Shown here piece by piece: positions 12,671 through 26,595 of a stretch of 64,000 nt of DNA. The DNA is from Octopus vulgaris (lineage: Eukaryota). Position numbers and translations under genes: made by a program. How positions within the stretch are numbered: the stretch's first letter is position 1; every line of letters starts with the position of its first letter. The notes beneath the pieces were generated by a model. The model was given only the letters and a program-made list of their open reading frames with translations, did not search any database and had not been told where the DNA came from. The stretch spans positions 208,568,001-208,632,000 of the forward strand of contig OX597815.1 of assembly GCA_951406725.2 (NCBI GenBank), in the 5' to 3' direction.

Positions 12671-13900
12671 CAGGGGTTGGACAAAATGATGGAAACACCT
12701 TAAAATTTCAAATTTATTCTAATATGGGGTCAGACTGCTTTTGGCAGTAATTACAGCTTGGATTCTATGAGGTATGGACTTGTACAAAGTTTTTGTCCAT
12801 TCTTCAGCTAAAACAGTCTCCAGTTCTTGTAGTGATGATGGTGGAGGATATTGACTCCTTACTTGTTTTTCTAAAATGCACCATAAATGTTCAATAATAT
12901 TGAGATCTGGGGACTGTGGTGGCTAGATAAGATGTTCAACTTCACTAGAATGTTCCTCGTGCCATTCAGTAACAACAATAGCAGTGTGAATTGGTGCATT
13001 ATCATCCTGAAAGATTACTTTTCCTTCCGGAAACAGTTCCGCAACCATAGGATGAATTTGATCAGATAAAGTGCTTAAATAGTCTTGACTATTAATCGTA
13101 ACATTGAAGGGAAACCATTGTGCCAGAGGATTTCCAAGATATAGACCCCCTCCCCCAAATCATCACAGATTCTCCTCCATGTTTAACAGTTGGAAGAAGG
13201 CTGTCTGGGTCAAATGCTTCTTTTGGCTGTCTCCACACATATACTCTGAGGTAAAGGATGATTTGTCCATGAAAATAACATTCCTCCTCTGCTCTAGGGA
13301 TAAATTCTATAGGTTTTTACTCCACTCTAAACACTTTGCAATGTTTGTCTTTGAAAGTCGTGGTTTTCTGATTGCAGCCCTTCCATGAAATCTGGCTCCC
13401 AGCGAACAGTTTTTGTGGAAACTGGGTTCTTGAGGTGGTCATTAAGCTCTGCAGTAATTTTGAGAGCTGTACTTTTGTGAGCCTTTCAAACAATTCATGT
13501 AAGAGTCTGGCGGTCCCTATTTGAAAGTTTTGGTTTTCTTCCAGAGTTTTGTTTCTGCTAGGAGGTTTTCCCCTCTTTCTCAAAGGCTGTCATTACTTTT
13601 GAGACATTACTTTTTGATACACCAATCATTTCAGCTGTTTTCGTTACGCTAGCACCTGCGATACGAGTACCAACAAGTTGACCTCTTTGAAAGTGCGATA
13701 GATCTGTCATTTTAATGATTTTTAATTACCTGTTTTCTGATTATATCGGAAAAGAAAGAGCAATTTTAGCAAGACATATGAAGCAACACTAATAATATGT
13801 TAAAAAGCATAAAAAGAAATAAGCTTTTGATGGTTTTATAGATATTTCAAAATTATGATGCTAGGATGCTAGGTGTTTCCATTATTTTGTCCAATTCCTG
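12671..13900 (-). mobile_element. Full-length-like, decayed Tc1 (DD34E-type) DNA transposon
   Basis: ~30-bp TIRs caggggttggacaaaatgatggaaacacct / aggtgtttccattattttgtccaattcctg, with TA on both sides (12669-12670 and 13901-13902). Confidence 0.92.
12719..13710 (-). pseudogene. Tc1 transposase pseudogene
   Basis: Starts MTDLSHFQRGQLVGTRIAGASVTKTAEMIGVSKS (HTH region). Catalytic region FQDDNAPIHTA...HLI*PPQSPDLNIIEHLW; ends IQAVITAKSSLTPY*. Interrupted by stops and deletions. Confidence 0.9.
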
Positions 13901-14291
13901 TAAATATATGTATATTATGTCAGGTTGTTCTTGGTAGCTTCTGGTCACATGTAACCCAGTACAACCTGTTCCGTGTTTGGGTTGTTGGCAACTAAACTGG
14001 CAACCTCATCAAGCTTGCTTGGTGAAGAGGATGATTGTTGGATACCCTGTGAGATGGAGAATAAGACCCGTCAAAGGGCAGAAGAGCTCATGTGCAGTCA
14101 TCGGTCATCCATGTATATGTATGTATACCTGAATGCATGTGCAGGGATGGGGAAACGCACGTGTTGGTTTCCAGGTGCATGGTTGGCCAACTGAGAGTGG
14201 GAGGCCCCTCTGTTGTTGTCACAATATCTCTCTAGGAGAGGGAAACTTTGAGGGAAAACCTACGACACTGACAATATTCGATGATGTAGAC

Positions 14292-14631
14292 TAGTTAAGT
14301 TAAGTTAATTTTTTGGCTCAAAAAGCAAAAAGCAAGGCCATGTAGGGGAACGTGGAGTTATGTACAGGGTGGTGTTCATGTAAAGAGTTCAGGCCATTTC
14401 CGGTCAAGGGAGACTTTGAACCGAGCAGTCGTCGGTATCTTCACTATCTCGTCCGGCTGCTTATTCCACGGATCTGCAACCCGGACGGAGAAAGCTCCAC
14501 CCCTTCGATTGAGATGAAATTGTCGTCGCAGATAGAGCTTTTCGGAGTGACCCCGCAGCCGACGCTCTGGAGCAGGAGTGAAGAACAGCTCTTTCGAGAG
14601 GTTACACTTTCCACTTATGATGTTGTTCGAT
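14292..14631 (-). mobile_element. CR1-clade LINE 3' end (RT C-terminus, 3'UTR, (AACTT)n tail)
   Basis: ORF-track peptide LRGHSEKL..RRGGAFSVRVADPWNKQP..FKVSLD matches the CR1/L2 C-terminal motif. Tail reads gttaagttaagttaa on the + strand. Confidence 0.85.
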
Positions 14632-14839
14632 CTTTTGTTGTTCATGTTCAGAGAGTGGGATCGGATTTGTGCAAATTCTTTCCCCACTATGAAAAAAATC
14701 ACGATGTGCAAGCATCACCTGAAAAATAATAAGACCCATCAGAAAAATAGTTGGTTGTTGCCTTCACTTGTGTGGAACCTTTGATCAGGCAATGGCAATA
14801 CTTGAACACAAGTTTGCAGCCATTATTTATAGGTATGTA

Positions 14840-14884
<45 letters not shown>

Positions 14885-17789
14885 GTATTTGTGTATATGT
14901 CTATGTATGTATGTGTGTGTAATTTTGTTTATATGTATGTGTATATTTGTGTATATGTATGAATGTGTGTATCATCATCATCATCATCATCATCGTCGTT
15001 TAACGTCCGTTCTCCATGCTAGCATGGGTTGGACGGTTCGACCGGGGTTCTGGGAAGCCAGAAGGCTGCACCAGGCTCCAGTCTAATTTGGCAATGTTTC
15101 TACAGCTGGATGCCCTTCCTAACGCCAACCACTCCGTGAGTGTGTGTATATATTTGTGTATATGTATGGAGTGGTGGGCGTTAGGAAGGGCATCCAGCTG
15201 TAGAAACACTGCCAGATCTGACTGGCCTGGTGCAGCCTTTGGGCTTGCCAGACCCCAGTTGAACCGTCCAACCCATGCTAGCATGGAAAGCGGACGTTAA
15301 ACGATGATGATGATGATGATGATGTGTATATTTGTGTATATGTATGAATGTATGTATATATTCGTGTGTATGAATGTGTGTATATATTTGTGTATATGTA
15401 TTTGTGAGTATATTTGTGTGTATGTATGTGTGTGTATAAACTCATATACATATACACAGATATGTATACATAGACACACATATACACACACTTGATGTGT
15501 GTATAATTATTCACTGATGTAGATAGGTGAATGATATAAACATCAGCACCCCCCCCCCCCAGAAACCCAACATTGTGTTGTCACTTCCACCATCAGAAAT
15601 GCAGTGATCCAGCAAGTTGCATGTCAGAAGCCCTCAACCAACAGCATTATCATTTGCAAATTGCAATACATATAATTTCAATGTACTGGGTACTGTTACC
15701 TTCAAGAAAGAGAGAACTCAATGTGTTTCTGAAGACTGGTTGAGCCTTCCAATTCCAGTAGTATACAGAATGGTCTCTTTCTCACAGTTTTAGCCGGGGA
15801 AAATTCCACTCATAAGATATTACTAAATCTGAGGCTATGGTAGAGAATATGTATTCCAAGAACTACACCTATTTCTTTACTACCCACAAGGGGCTAAACA
15901 CAGAGGGAACAAACAAGGACAGACAAACGGAATAAATCGATTACATCGACCCCCAGTGCGTAACTGGTACTTAATTTATCGACCCCGAAAGGATGAAAGG
16001 CAAAGTCGACCTCGGCGGAATTTGAACTCAGAACGTAATGGCAGACGAAATACGGCTACGCATTTCGCCCGGCGTGCTAACGTTTCTGCCAGCTCGCCGC
16101 CAAAAGCTACACCGTAGAATTAAACCTAGCACCATATGGTTGTGAAGTAAATCTCCATACAAGCCAGCCTATTTCCATGAAGACCTGTTTTCATGTGATT
16201 GTATTTTGATATCGGCAAGATATGGATTCAGAATGTAAAGCGCCAGAAGAAATGCCATTCAGCATTTTGTCCGACTTGCCAACAACTCTGCCTTAACCCT
16301 TTCAGTACCAACCCGGCTGAAACCGGCTCTTGCTTTGAGTACAAATGTCTTGTTTTCATAAGTTTTGAATTAAAATCTTCCACCAAACCTTTGTCACAAT
16401 TTTATGTTCCTATCACTAGTTGAATGATAACTAAGTTATTTTACTAAATTCTTTGTTATATTTAATGTAATTCAAAGAAACACAGAATATCTCAAAATAA
16501 ATACGGTATCGAAAGGGTTAGAGCGAACAATATTACCATTCAATAAAATACAGAAAATGGCAGAAGAAAGTAAGGGCAATAAGTCCACTATACGAGAACC
16601 CAAAATTGTATCATCATCTCTAAAATCGTTGCCATCATCATCATCATCATCATCATCATCTGCTGCTGCTGCTTTTCTTACAGGCACAGGAGTGGCTGTG
16701 CGGTAAGTAGCTTGCTTACTAACCACATAGTTCCAGGTTCAGTCCCACTGCGTGGCACCTTGGGCAAGTGTCTTCTACTATAGCCTCGGGCCAACCAAAG
16801 CTTTGGTGGATGGAAACTGAAAGAAGCCCGTCATGCATATGTATACGTGTGTGTCTGTGTTTGTCCCCCCCCCAACATCGCTTGACAACTGATGCTGGTG
16901 TGTTTACGTCCCCGTGACTTAGTGGTTTGGCAAAAAGACACCAATAGAATAAGTACTAGGATTACAAATAATAAGTCCCGGGGTCGATTTGCTCGACTAA
17001 AGGCAGTGCTCCAGCATGGCCACACTCAAATGACTGAAACTAGTAAAAAAAAAAAAAAAGCCATCACAATGGAACTTTTTGAGGCAGAATTCTGTGGTCT
17101 GATACCCTTCCACTTCTCATCCATTTTCCAAATATGATATTTTTATTCCATTAGTCTTGCCATGTAGAAACTGCCATGTTGCAGATTGTGTTATGTAGAG
17201 AAGACATGAATCTATCCCTATTGCCTGTATAATATCAATGCCAGGATATACAAATATAAACACACAAACATACTCTTACTTACACACATGGATACATGAC
17301 AGGCTTATGTACAGTTTTTGTCGACCATTTTCTCTCAAAAAGCATTGGTCAGTTCAAGGTTATGGTAAAAAATACTTACCCCATGGTATGACACAGTAAA
17401 ATAGAACCCAAAACCTCTTGATTAGAAAACGCACTTCATTAGCACGCTGTATTATTCACCCCATATTAGGTCAAATAAGCTAACTGAAATCTGCATCTCT
17501 TCATTGGACAGTTATTCCATTAATTCTTTACTATAGTTGGAGCTATAAACCTACATGTTCTTCCAGGCATTGTAGAAAACTAAGCAGCCTTCTCTATTCT
17601 TTAGAAAAACTGAAAAATATGCCAGACGCAGGAGTGGCTGTGTGGTAAGTAGCTTGCTTACTAACCACATGGTTTCGGGTTCAGTACCACTGCGTGGCAT
17701 CTTGGGCAAGTGTCTTCTGCTATAGCCCTGGGCCAACCAATGCCTTGTGATTGGATTTGGTAGACAGAAACTGAAAGAAGCCTGTCGTA

Positions 17790-17835
<46 letters not shown>

Positions 17836-20529
17836 TATGTATGCGTGTGTGTGTGTGTCTGTGTTTGTCCCCCTAGCATTGCTTGACAACCGATGCTGGG
17901 TTGTTTATGTACCCGTCACTTAGCGGTTCGGCAAAAGAGACCAATAGAATAAGTACTGGGCTTACGAAGAATAAGTCCTGGGGTCGATTTGCTCGACTAA
18001 AGGCGGTGCTCCAGCATGGCCGCAGTCAAATGACTGAAACAAGTAAAAGAATAAAAGAATAAAAAAGAATAATGCCAGATCACACGATGTACTTGACTAA
18101 ATTATTTAGATCCTTTTCAATCACTTCATTACCTATTCAAATCAAACTCTTTAGCTTTATTTGAGTTTCCTGATGTTTTCTTAGAAGAAATCTGTTGTTA
18201 AGAACCTTGTATTTTAGTTGATGTGTTGATGAACCAGCAAAAATGGATGTGTTGTCTTTTCCCCCTCACCAACGTTAACTAGTCCATGCTTAGTGTGACA
18301 GAACCAGTCTACATACAATCATTGGATAGTTATCTCTTTTACTCTTTTACTTGTTTCAGTCATTTGACTGTGGCCATGCTGGAGCACTGCCTTTTTTTAG
18401 TCGAGCAAATCGACCCCGGGACTTATTCTTTGTAAGCCCAGTACTTATTCTATCGGTCTCTTTTGCTGAACCGCTAAGTAACGGGGACATAAACACACCA
18501 GCATCGGTTGTCAAGCAATGCTAGGGGGAGAAACACAGACACACAAACATATACACACACATACATATACATATATATATACATATATATGACAGGCTTC
18601 TTTCAGTTTCTGTCTACCAAATCCACTCACAAGGCATTGGTCGGCCCGGGGCTATAGTAGAAGACACTAGCCCAAGATGCCATGCAGTGGGACTGAACCC
18701 AGAACCATGTGGTTGGTAAGCAAGCTACTTACCACACAGCCACTCCTGTGCCTATCTGTTGACTTGTTAAACAAATCTTTATCTTTTCCTCAGGTGTAAG
18801 TCCGATTCTTGCCTAGTTTCATCTTAGAATCTTTACAATACAAGTTCTTCTCCCAGTGCCCAAATCTTATTCTTGTTACTGCCTAGCAGAAGTATTCTCT
18901 TGGTACCTATTTCTTTACTACCCACAAGGGGCTAAACACAGAGAGGACAAACAAGGACAGACAAACAGATTAAGTCAATTATATCGACCCTAGTGCGCAA
19001 CTGGTACTTAATTTATCGACCCCAAAAGGATGAAAGGCAAAGTCGACTTTAGCGCACCCGGCATGCTAATGTTTCTGCCAGCTTGCTGCCCTATTCTCTT
19101 AGTACCAATTACAGCTAAGATATGAAATGGAATTATTTGATTCTCTCTACCCTGTATTGATGATGTTGCAAAATTTGTCTCTGTTCCCATTCTATGCCTT
19201 GAAGAGACTATATTAGTCATAAAATTTGCTCGACTAAAGGTGGTGCTCCAGCATGGCCACAGTCAAATGACTGAAACAAGTAAAAGAGTAATCATATCAT
19301 TGAAATCTCAAAACTGCAAGGTAATGTGTGGCTAATTTTTATCAACGTGAATAAATAAGTATTACATTTGACAGAGAAATTTGAATGTGAAAGGGTGAAA
19401 ATATCAACCAAGATTCATTGTGGTTAATGTTCAGACTGGATCTTTTGTGTTCATCACCATCATCATTTAACGTCCGCTTTCCATGCTAGCATGGGTTGGA
19501 CAGTTTGACTGAGGGCTGGCGAACCAGATGGCTGCACCAGGCTCCAGTCTTGATCTGGCAAATCTAAATCTGGCTTATATGGGTGGTACATTTACTGTAT
19601 GGCATGAGTACAAATAGAGCCACACATCAGATCCTATATTCTTACTTTTCTTTTTCGTGTGGTAAGTAGCTTGCTAACCAACCACATGGTTCCAGGTTCA
19701 GTCCCACTGCGTGGCATCTTGGGCAAGTGTCTTCTGCTATACCCCCGGGCCGACCAATGCCTTGTGAGTGGATTTGGTAGATGGAAACTGAAAGAAGCCT
19801 GTCGTATATATGTATATATATATTTCTGTGTGTGTGTATGTGTTTGTCCCCCTAGCATTGCTTGACAACCGATGCTGGTGTGTTTACGTCCCCGTCACTT
19901 AGCGGTTCGGCAGAAGAGACCGATAGAATAAGTACTGGGCTTACAAAGAATAAGTCCCGGGGTCGATTTGCTCGACTAAAAGTGATGCTCCAGCATGGCC
20001 ACAGTCAAATGACTGAAACAAGTAAAAGAGTATAGTACAATTCCACCATCTTGGACTGGCGATTTTTTTTTATTTTTTATTTTTTTTTTTTTACTGACCT
20101 CAGAAAGCTGAAAGGCAAAAACCAAACCCAGTAGGATTTGATCTCAGAATGCTAAGAGACAGAACTCATACCACTAGGCAAGTTCTGCCAAATTGCCATT
20201 GTGTATATGTGTATGTGGTATTGAAAAAAAAAACTAAGAATTCCAATCACGATATTATCTACACGTAAGCAGAGCGAATCTATTTATTCGTTGTTTTTCC
20301 TTTCGTTGAGTGGCGAGCAAGGACCTACTCATCACTTAGAGTTCTGTTATTCCAGAACTGTTATTTTTAATTCCTTTAGCTGTTTATTTAATTTCCTTGT
20401 TTTCTTCTTCAAAGACTGTCACCTCAGGTTTGGTGACAGCAGTGTCCCCCATTTAAATTTTACGTGATGACATAAGTTTATCTTGTTCCTGCACAGTGAT
20501 GAATTCAATACAGAAATTATATATAGGTG

Positions 20530-20635
20530 CGTGTGTGTCTATATATGAATGTGTGTGTGTATGCACATATATATATATATATATGAACATATGTGTGTAT
20601 ATATATGTATATATATATGAACATATGTGTGTGTG

Positions 20636-20670
<35 letters not shown>

Positions 20671-21257
20671 ATATATGTATATATATATGTGAATATATGT
20701 ATATATATATGTGAATATATGTATATATATATGTGAATATATGTATATATATATACGAATATATGTATATATATATATACGAATATATGTATATATACGA
20801 ACATATGTATATATATATGAACATATGTATATATATATATATATATATATGCATGTGTATATTATATATGTTCATATATATATGATTCGATTCCCAGACC
20901 GGGCGTTGTGTGTGTTTATTGAGCGAAAACACCTAAAAGCTCCACGAGGCTCCGGCAGGGGATGGTGGTGATCCCTGCTGTACTCTTTCACCACTCTAAA
21001 AGGCGGTGCTCCAGCATGGCCGCAGTCAAATGACTGAAACAAGTACCAAAAAAAAAAAAATGAATATATATATATGAACATATGTATATATATATATATG
21101 CATGTGTATATTATATATATTATATATGTTCATATATATATAAACATATGTATATATATATATATGCATGTGTATATTATATATATCATATATGTTTTAA
21201 ATATGTATATTATATATATTATATATGTTCATATATATATGAACATATGTGTATATA

Positions 21258-21296
<39 letters not shown>

Positions 21297-21298
21297 GC

Positions 21299-21330
<32 letters not shown>

Positions 21331-21350
21331 GTATATATGAGTTATATATG
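20530..21350. repeat. Compound TA-rich microsatellite/minisatellite enclosing a chimeric SINE (20884-21050)
   Basis: Directly visible. Confidence 0.95.
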
Positions 21351-21871
21351 CGTACACATGATTGGTTTATTTTTATTGCTTTTGTAATTATCAAACTAAT
21401 ACTTATTACTTATTTTTTTCTTCTCTTCCAGATGTTAATTTCTTTTATTAGATCTCTCAACAACTATTTTGTCATGTTGAGAATATTTGATATAGTAATT
21501 TCCATTATTAACCACAAAAACATCCCACCAAAAGAAAGAAAAAAACAAAAATAAAACAAAAGCAAAAAAAAAACCCTAATAAAAACAGAAAAAATTGGTG
21601 TGACAATAAAAAAAAAATAAAGCAAGACAAAATAGTTTTGGGAAATGAATTGAGGGAAATTAGGTCTCAAAGAATGTAAATCTGTTATTGTTTTTATTTT
21701 ATTTTCCTGGAAACCACATAAAAATTGGGTGATGTTGAGCATCTGGGATGCCATGGTCATACACACACACACACATCCTTCCCTCTCAAGAAACCAGTAT
21801 TGTCCCTGAAGTTGTTTTTTCATATTTACTATGGATTGCTCGAAGCTAACTTTCTTTTTACACCTCGATCC

Positions 21872-21905
<34 letters not shown>

Positions 21906-22495
21906 GTTTAACGTCCGCTTTCCGTGCTAGCATGGGTTGGATGATTTGGCTGAGGTCTGGCGAACCAGATGGCTGCACCAGGCTCCAATCTGATCTGGCA
22001 GAGTTTCTACAGCTGGATGCCCTTCCTAACGCCAACCAATCCGAGAATGTAGTGGGTGCTTTTACGTGCCACCGGCACGAGGGCCAGTCAGGCAGTACTG
22101 GCAACGGCCATGCCCAAGTGGTGTTTTTTTACATGCCACCTGCACAGGACCCAGTCAGCGACACTGGCAACGACCTCGCTTGAATTTTTTTCACATGCCA
22201 GTAAAGTGATGCTGGTAATGATCACGTTTGAATGGTGCATTTTAACTTCCACCAGCATGGAAGCCAGTCAGCTGCTCTGGCAGTGATCACACTCGGACGG
22301 TGCTCTTAGCGCTCCACTGGCACGGATGCCAGTCATCGAATTTGCGAATTTGATTTGATTTCGATTTCACTTGCCTCAACAGGTCTTCGCAAGCAGAGTT
22401 TAGTGTCCAGTGAAGGAAAGGTATGCATAAGTGGGCTGGCTACACCCCTGGCATAGGCCACAAGGTTATGGTCTCACTTGGCTTGCTGGGTCTTC
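21872..22495 (-). mobile_element. Longest family-B copy; reaches the probable end of the LINE ORF (EKTQQAK*) and contains several ~60-bp internal subrepeats
   Basis: Minus strand starts agaagacccagcaagccaagtga and ends in (GAT)n. RTE assignment is inference from the short-repeat tail and the variable 5' truncation of copies. Confidence 0.7.
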
Positions 22496-22627
22496 TTTCT
22501 CTTTTATTCTCATTTACTTGTTTCAGTCATTTGACTGTGGCCTTGCTGGAGCACCGTCTTCAGTCGATCAAATCGACCCTAGGACTTATTTTGTGTAAGC
22601 CTAGTACAAACATATGCACACACATAC

Positions 22628-22692
<65 letters not shown>

Positions 22693-23345
22693 ATGGGCTT
22701 CTTTCAGTTTCTGTCTACCAAATCCACTCACAAGTCTTTGGTCGGCCCAAGGCTATAGTAGAAGACACTTGCCCAAGGTGCCACACAGTGGGACTGAACC
22801 AGGAACCATGTGGTTGGTAAGCAAGCTACTTACCACACAGCCACTCCTATGCCTGATGAAATTGTTAAAATATTTTGTGCCTTGTGGAAGTATAACCAAT
22901 TTATTGCCCATTAATTTTAACAACAAAATCTTATATGGATTCCAAAAAGGGTCATATGAACCCTAGTTGAGAAACACTATTATACTGCATGTCTACTGAT
23001 TAGTTTAGACAGTCCTTTTGATTGCAATCCACCCAAGTCCACCCTTAATTCAATGATACAATATTTCCTATTTTAGATTTAACTATGTTAAAAACCTTCC
23101 TTCAAAATTTCATGTTAAATTTAACTTGCAAACTCCAGATCAATAATGACGAAGTTATTTTACTAAATTCATTATTTTTGAAATTAAGTTTTATCAAACA
23201 CAGTATATTTGTGTAGAAATATGGTAACTAAAAGAGGGTGGCAGAAAGAGAGTTTTTGCCTCACACACACACACACACATATATATATGTGTGTATATAT
23301 ATATATATATATACTTTATTTAAAAGCAGCAGAAATGTAACAAAA

Positions 23346-23383
23346 CTGTCCGATGAATGGGGACGTGAAACTCCGAGTAACAG
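23346..23383 (+). ncRNA. Minimal type-I hammerhead ribozyme-like motif (U4C variant) in a Penelope-like terminus
   Basis: ctgt-CCGATGA-atg.ggga.cgt-GAA-actc.c.gagt-A-acag: stems I, II and III pair and the GUA cleavage triplet is present; the core differs from CUGAUGA at one base. Confidence 0.6.
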
Positions 23384-25528
23384 CTTTTGTTACATTTCTG
23401 CTGCTTTTAAATAAAGCGTATTACTCTACCTCTGGTATTTGAGTACTCTTTTTTCCACCTTGTTTCATTTTTATGTGCTTACACCGGTATATATATATAT
23501 ATATATACATACGTATTGACACATTGGCAGCATTTTTATTAGATGTCGGTAACTGGTTGATATTTAATTATTATTTCTTTATAAACTGAAATTAAAATAA
23601 TTTCTGATGTGGTGAACTAATTTTAACTGTAACTTGTCTCAGAAGAAAATGCCAGCAAAGTTTGTTTAGTTTCAAGTTGATGTATTAATGTTGTCTTTAT
23701 TTACTTTTCTTTGTTGTTGCTATTCTCCTGAAGTGGCTAACTTATTTCATGCTTGGGTGTGTGACATTTTTGGAATGATATCAAAACATCAATTCTGTCC
23801 TCTTCAAACTATATTTGTTTTAGAAGATGGATAATATACGACTTAGAAACATAAAGAATAGTGCAGCGCATTAGCTTGTGCAATGATATAAACTGTTTGC
23901 TTGTGCATCCTTTCTTTTTAGAGGATGTAAGGTTTGTGATTTGTAGGCATTTTTGGTTGCTATTTTTAGCAGAATGAGAAACCATGTAGATCGCTTTATA
24001 TGTTTTATGTAACCTGTCACACTATATTAGTTGGGTAGGTTTAATCTTGTGAAACTTAGTCCTCAAGGTAAGAATTTATCTTCCTGGCAGTAAGTTAGAC
24101 TCCATGCCATAAATCCATTTTGTGGAATACTCTAAGAGAAATTAACATATTATGGACACTTATTTAATATTTATTATATTTAATGAGTCAGACATTCTCT
24201 TGCCTACATTGTTTAATTAATTATCATAAATGTTGCCTCCAGTGCATATTTTTAAATCTATCAATATTTCTCATGCTTCATGCCATTAAATGTAGAAATT
24301 AAAATACTAATATGAATAATTTACTTGTCAACACCTTGCTTGTGTGTATATACATATGTATATTTATACACACATCATCATCATCATCATCATCATTTAA
24401 CGTCTGCTTTCCATGCTGGCATGGGTGGGACGGTTCAACTGGGGTCTGGGAAGCCAGAAGGCTGCACCAGGCCCAGTCTGATCTGGCAGTGTTTCTACAG
24501 CTGGATGCCCTTCCTAATGCCAACCACTCCGTGAGTGTAGTGGGTGCTTTTTATGTGCCAGCGGCACACATATACACATATATGCAGGTTTGTGCTAATG
24601 GGAAGCATGTGGTTATGGTTTCGATACAACTTTGTGGCACCTTGTCATGTGTCTTCTTTTAAAGCCCCAGGCCTATCAATGCTTTACATTGAAGCCAGTT
24701 GAAACCCCCATAAGAGACACATTTGTGTCCATAAAACATGATTAATGCTTTATTTTACTGAACTCTTATTTGTTCTTCATGACCAGAGAATCCATCATAT
24801 ATATATATATTTGTTCGCCTTTTGTCGAACAAATCGACCCTAGGACTTGTTTTTTGTAAGCCTAGTAATTATTCTATCGGTTTCTTTTGCTGAACTGCTA
24901 AGTTATGGGGACATAAACACACCAATATCAGTTGTCAAGCAATGATGGGGGGTGGGACAAACACAGACACACAAACATATACACACATACCCCACACACA
25001 GACACACACACACACAGTTTCCATCTTCTTTCAGTTTCCATCTACAAAATCCACTCACAATGCTTTGGTTGACCTGAAGCTATAGCAGAAGACACTTGCC
25101 CAAAGCGCCACAGAGTGGGGCTGAACCCGGGACCATGTGGTTGGTAGCGCAAGCTACTTACCGCACAATAAAGCAAACTATATCTACATGCCTTATATTT
25201 ACCGATACCTTTTGATATTTATTGATGGAATAAACTACTGGAGCCAACGAAAATGTAACAGACTATATAGTTTGCCTTCTGCAAAATATATATGAATAGA
25301 CTTATGATGATTATTGAATAGTCTAATCAATGAATATAATTTGACCTAGTTAACTTTGTAATTATCATGCAGGTGGTATATGAAAGAAATTCAAATATAA
25401 TTTGGAACTAAATACCTATGTGTCAAATAGCCATTTCTGTGATTATCACTTGTCAAAATTCTTTGTGGACGTCATGTGTTACTATGATGAATTGTCTTCT
25501 GGGAGTTGGAGTTAGAATTGACATCTGT

Positions 25529-25573
<45 letters not shown>

Positions 25574-25632
25574 AAGTAGTTGTAGCATGGAGCATGTGCT
25601 GCAACAGTACATCGCTACATGTTGCTCGTTCC

Positions 25633-25707
<75 letters not shown>

Positions 25708-25785
25708 CATCATCATCGTTTAACGTCCGCTTTCCATGCTAGCATGGGTTGGACGGTTCAACTGGGGTCTGGCAAGCCCGAAGGC

Positions 25786-26375
<590 letters not shown>

Positions 26376-26397
26376 TATATATATATATATATACATA

Positions 26398-26430
<33 letters not shown>

Positions 26431-26434
26431 CATA

Positions 26435-26469
<35 letters not shown>

Positions 26470-26496
26470 ATACATACATATATATATATATACATA

Positions 26497-26531
<35 letters not shown>

Positions 26532-26535
26532 CATA

Positions 26536-26595
<60 letters not shown>

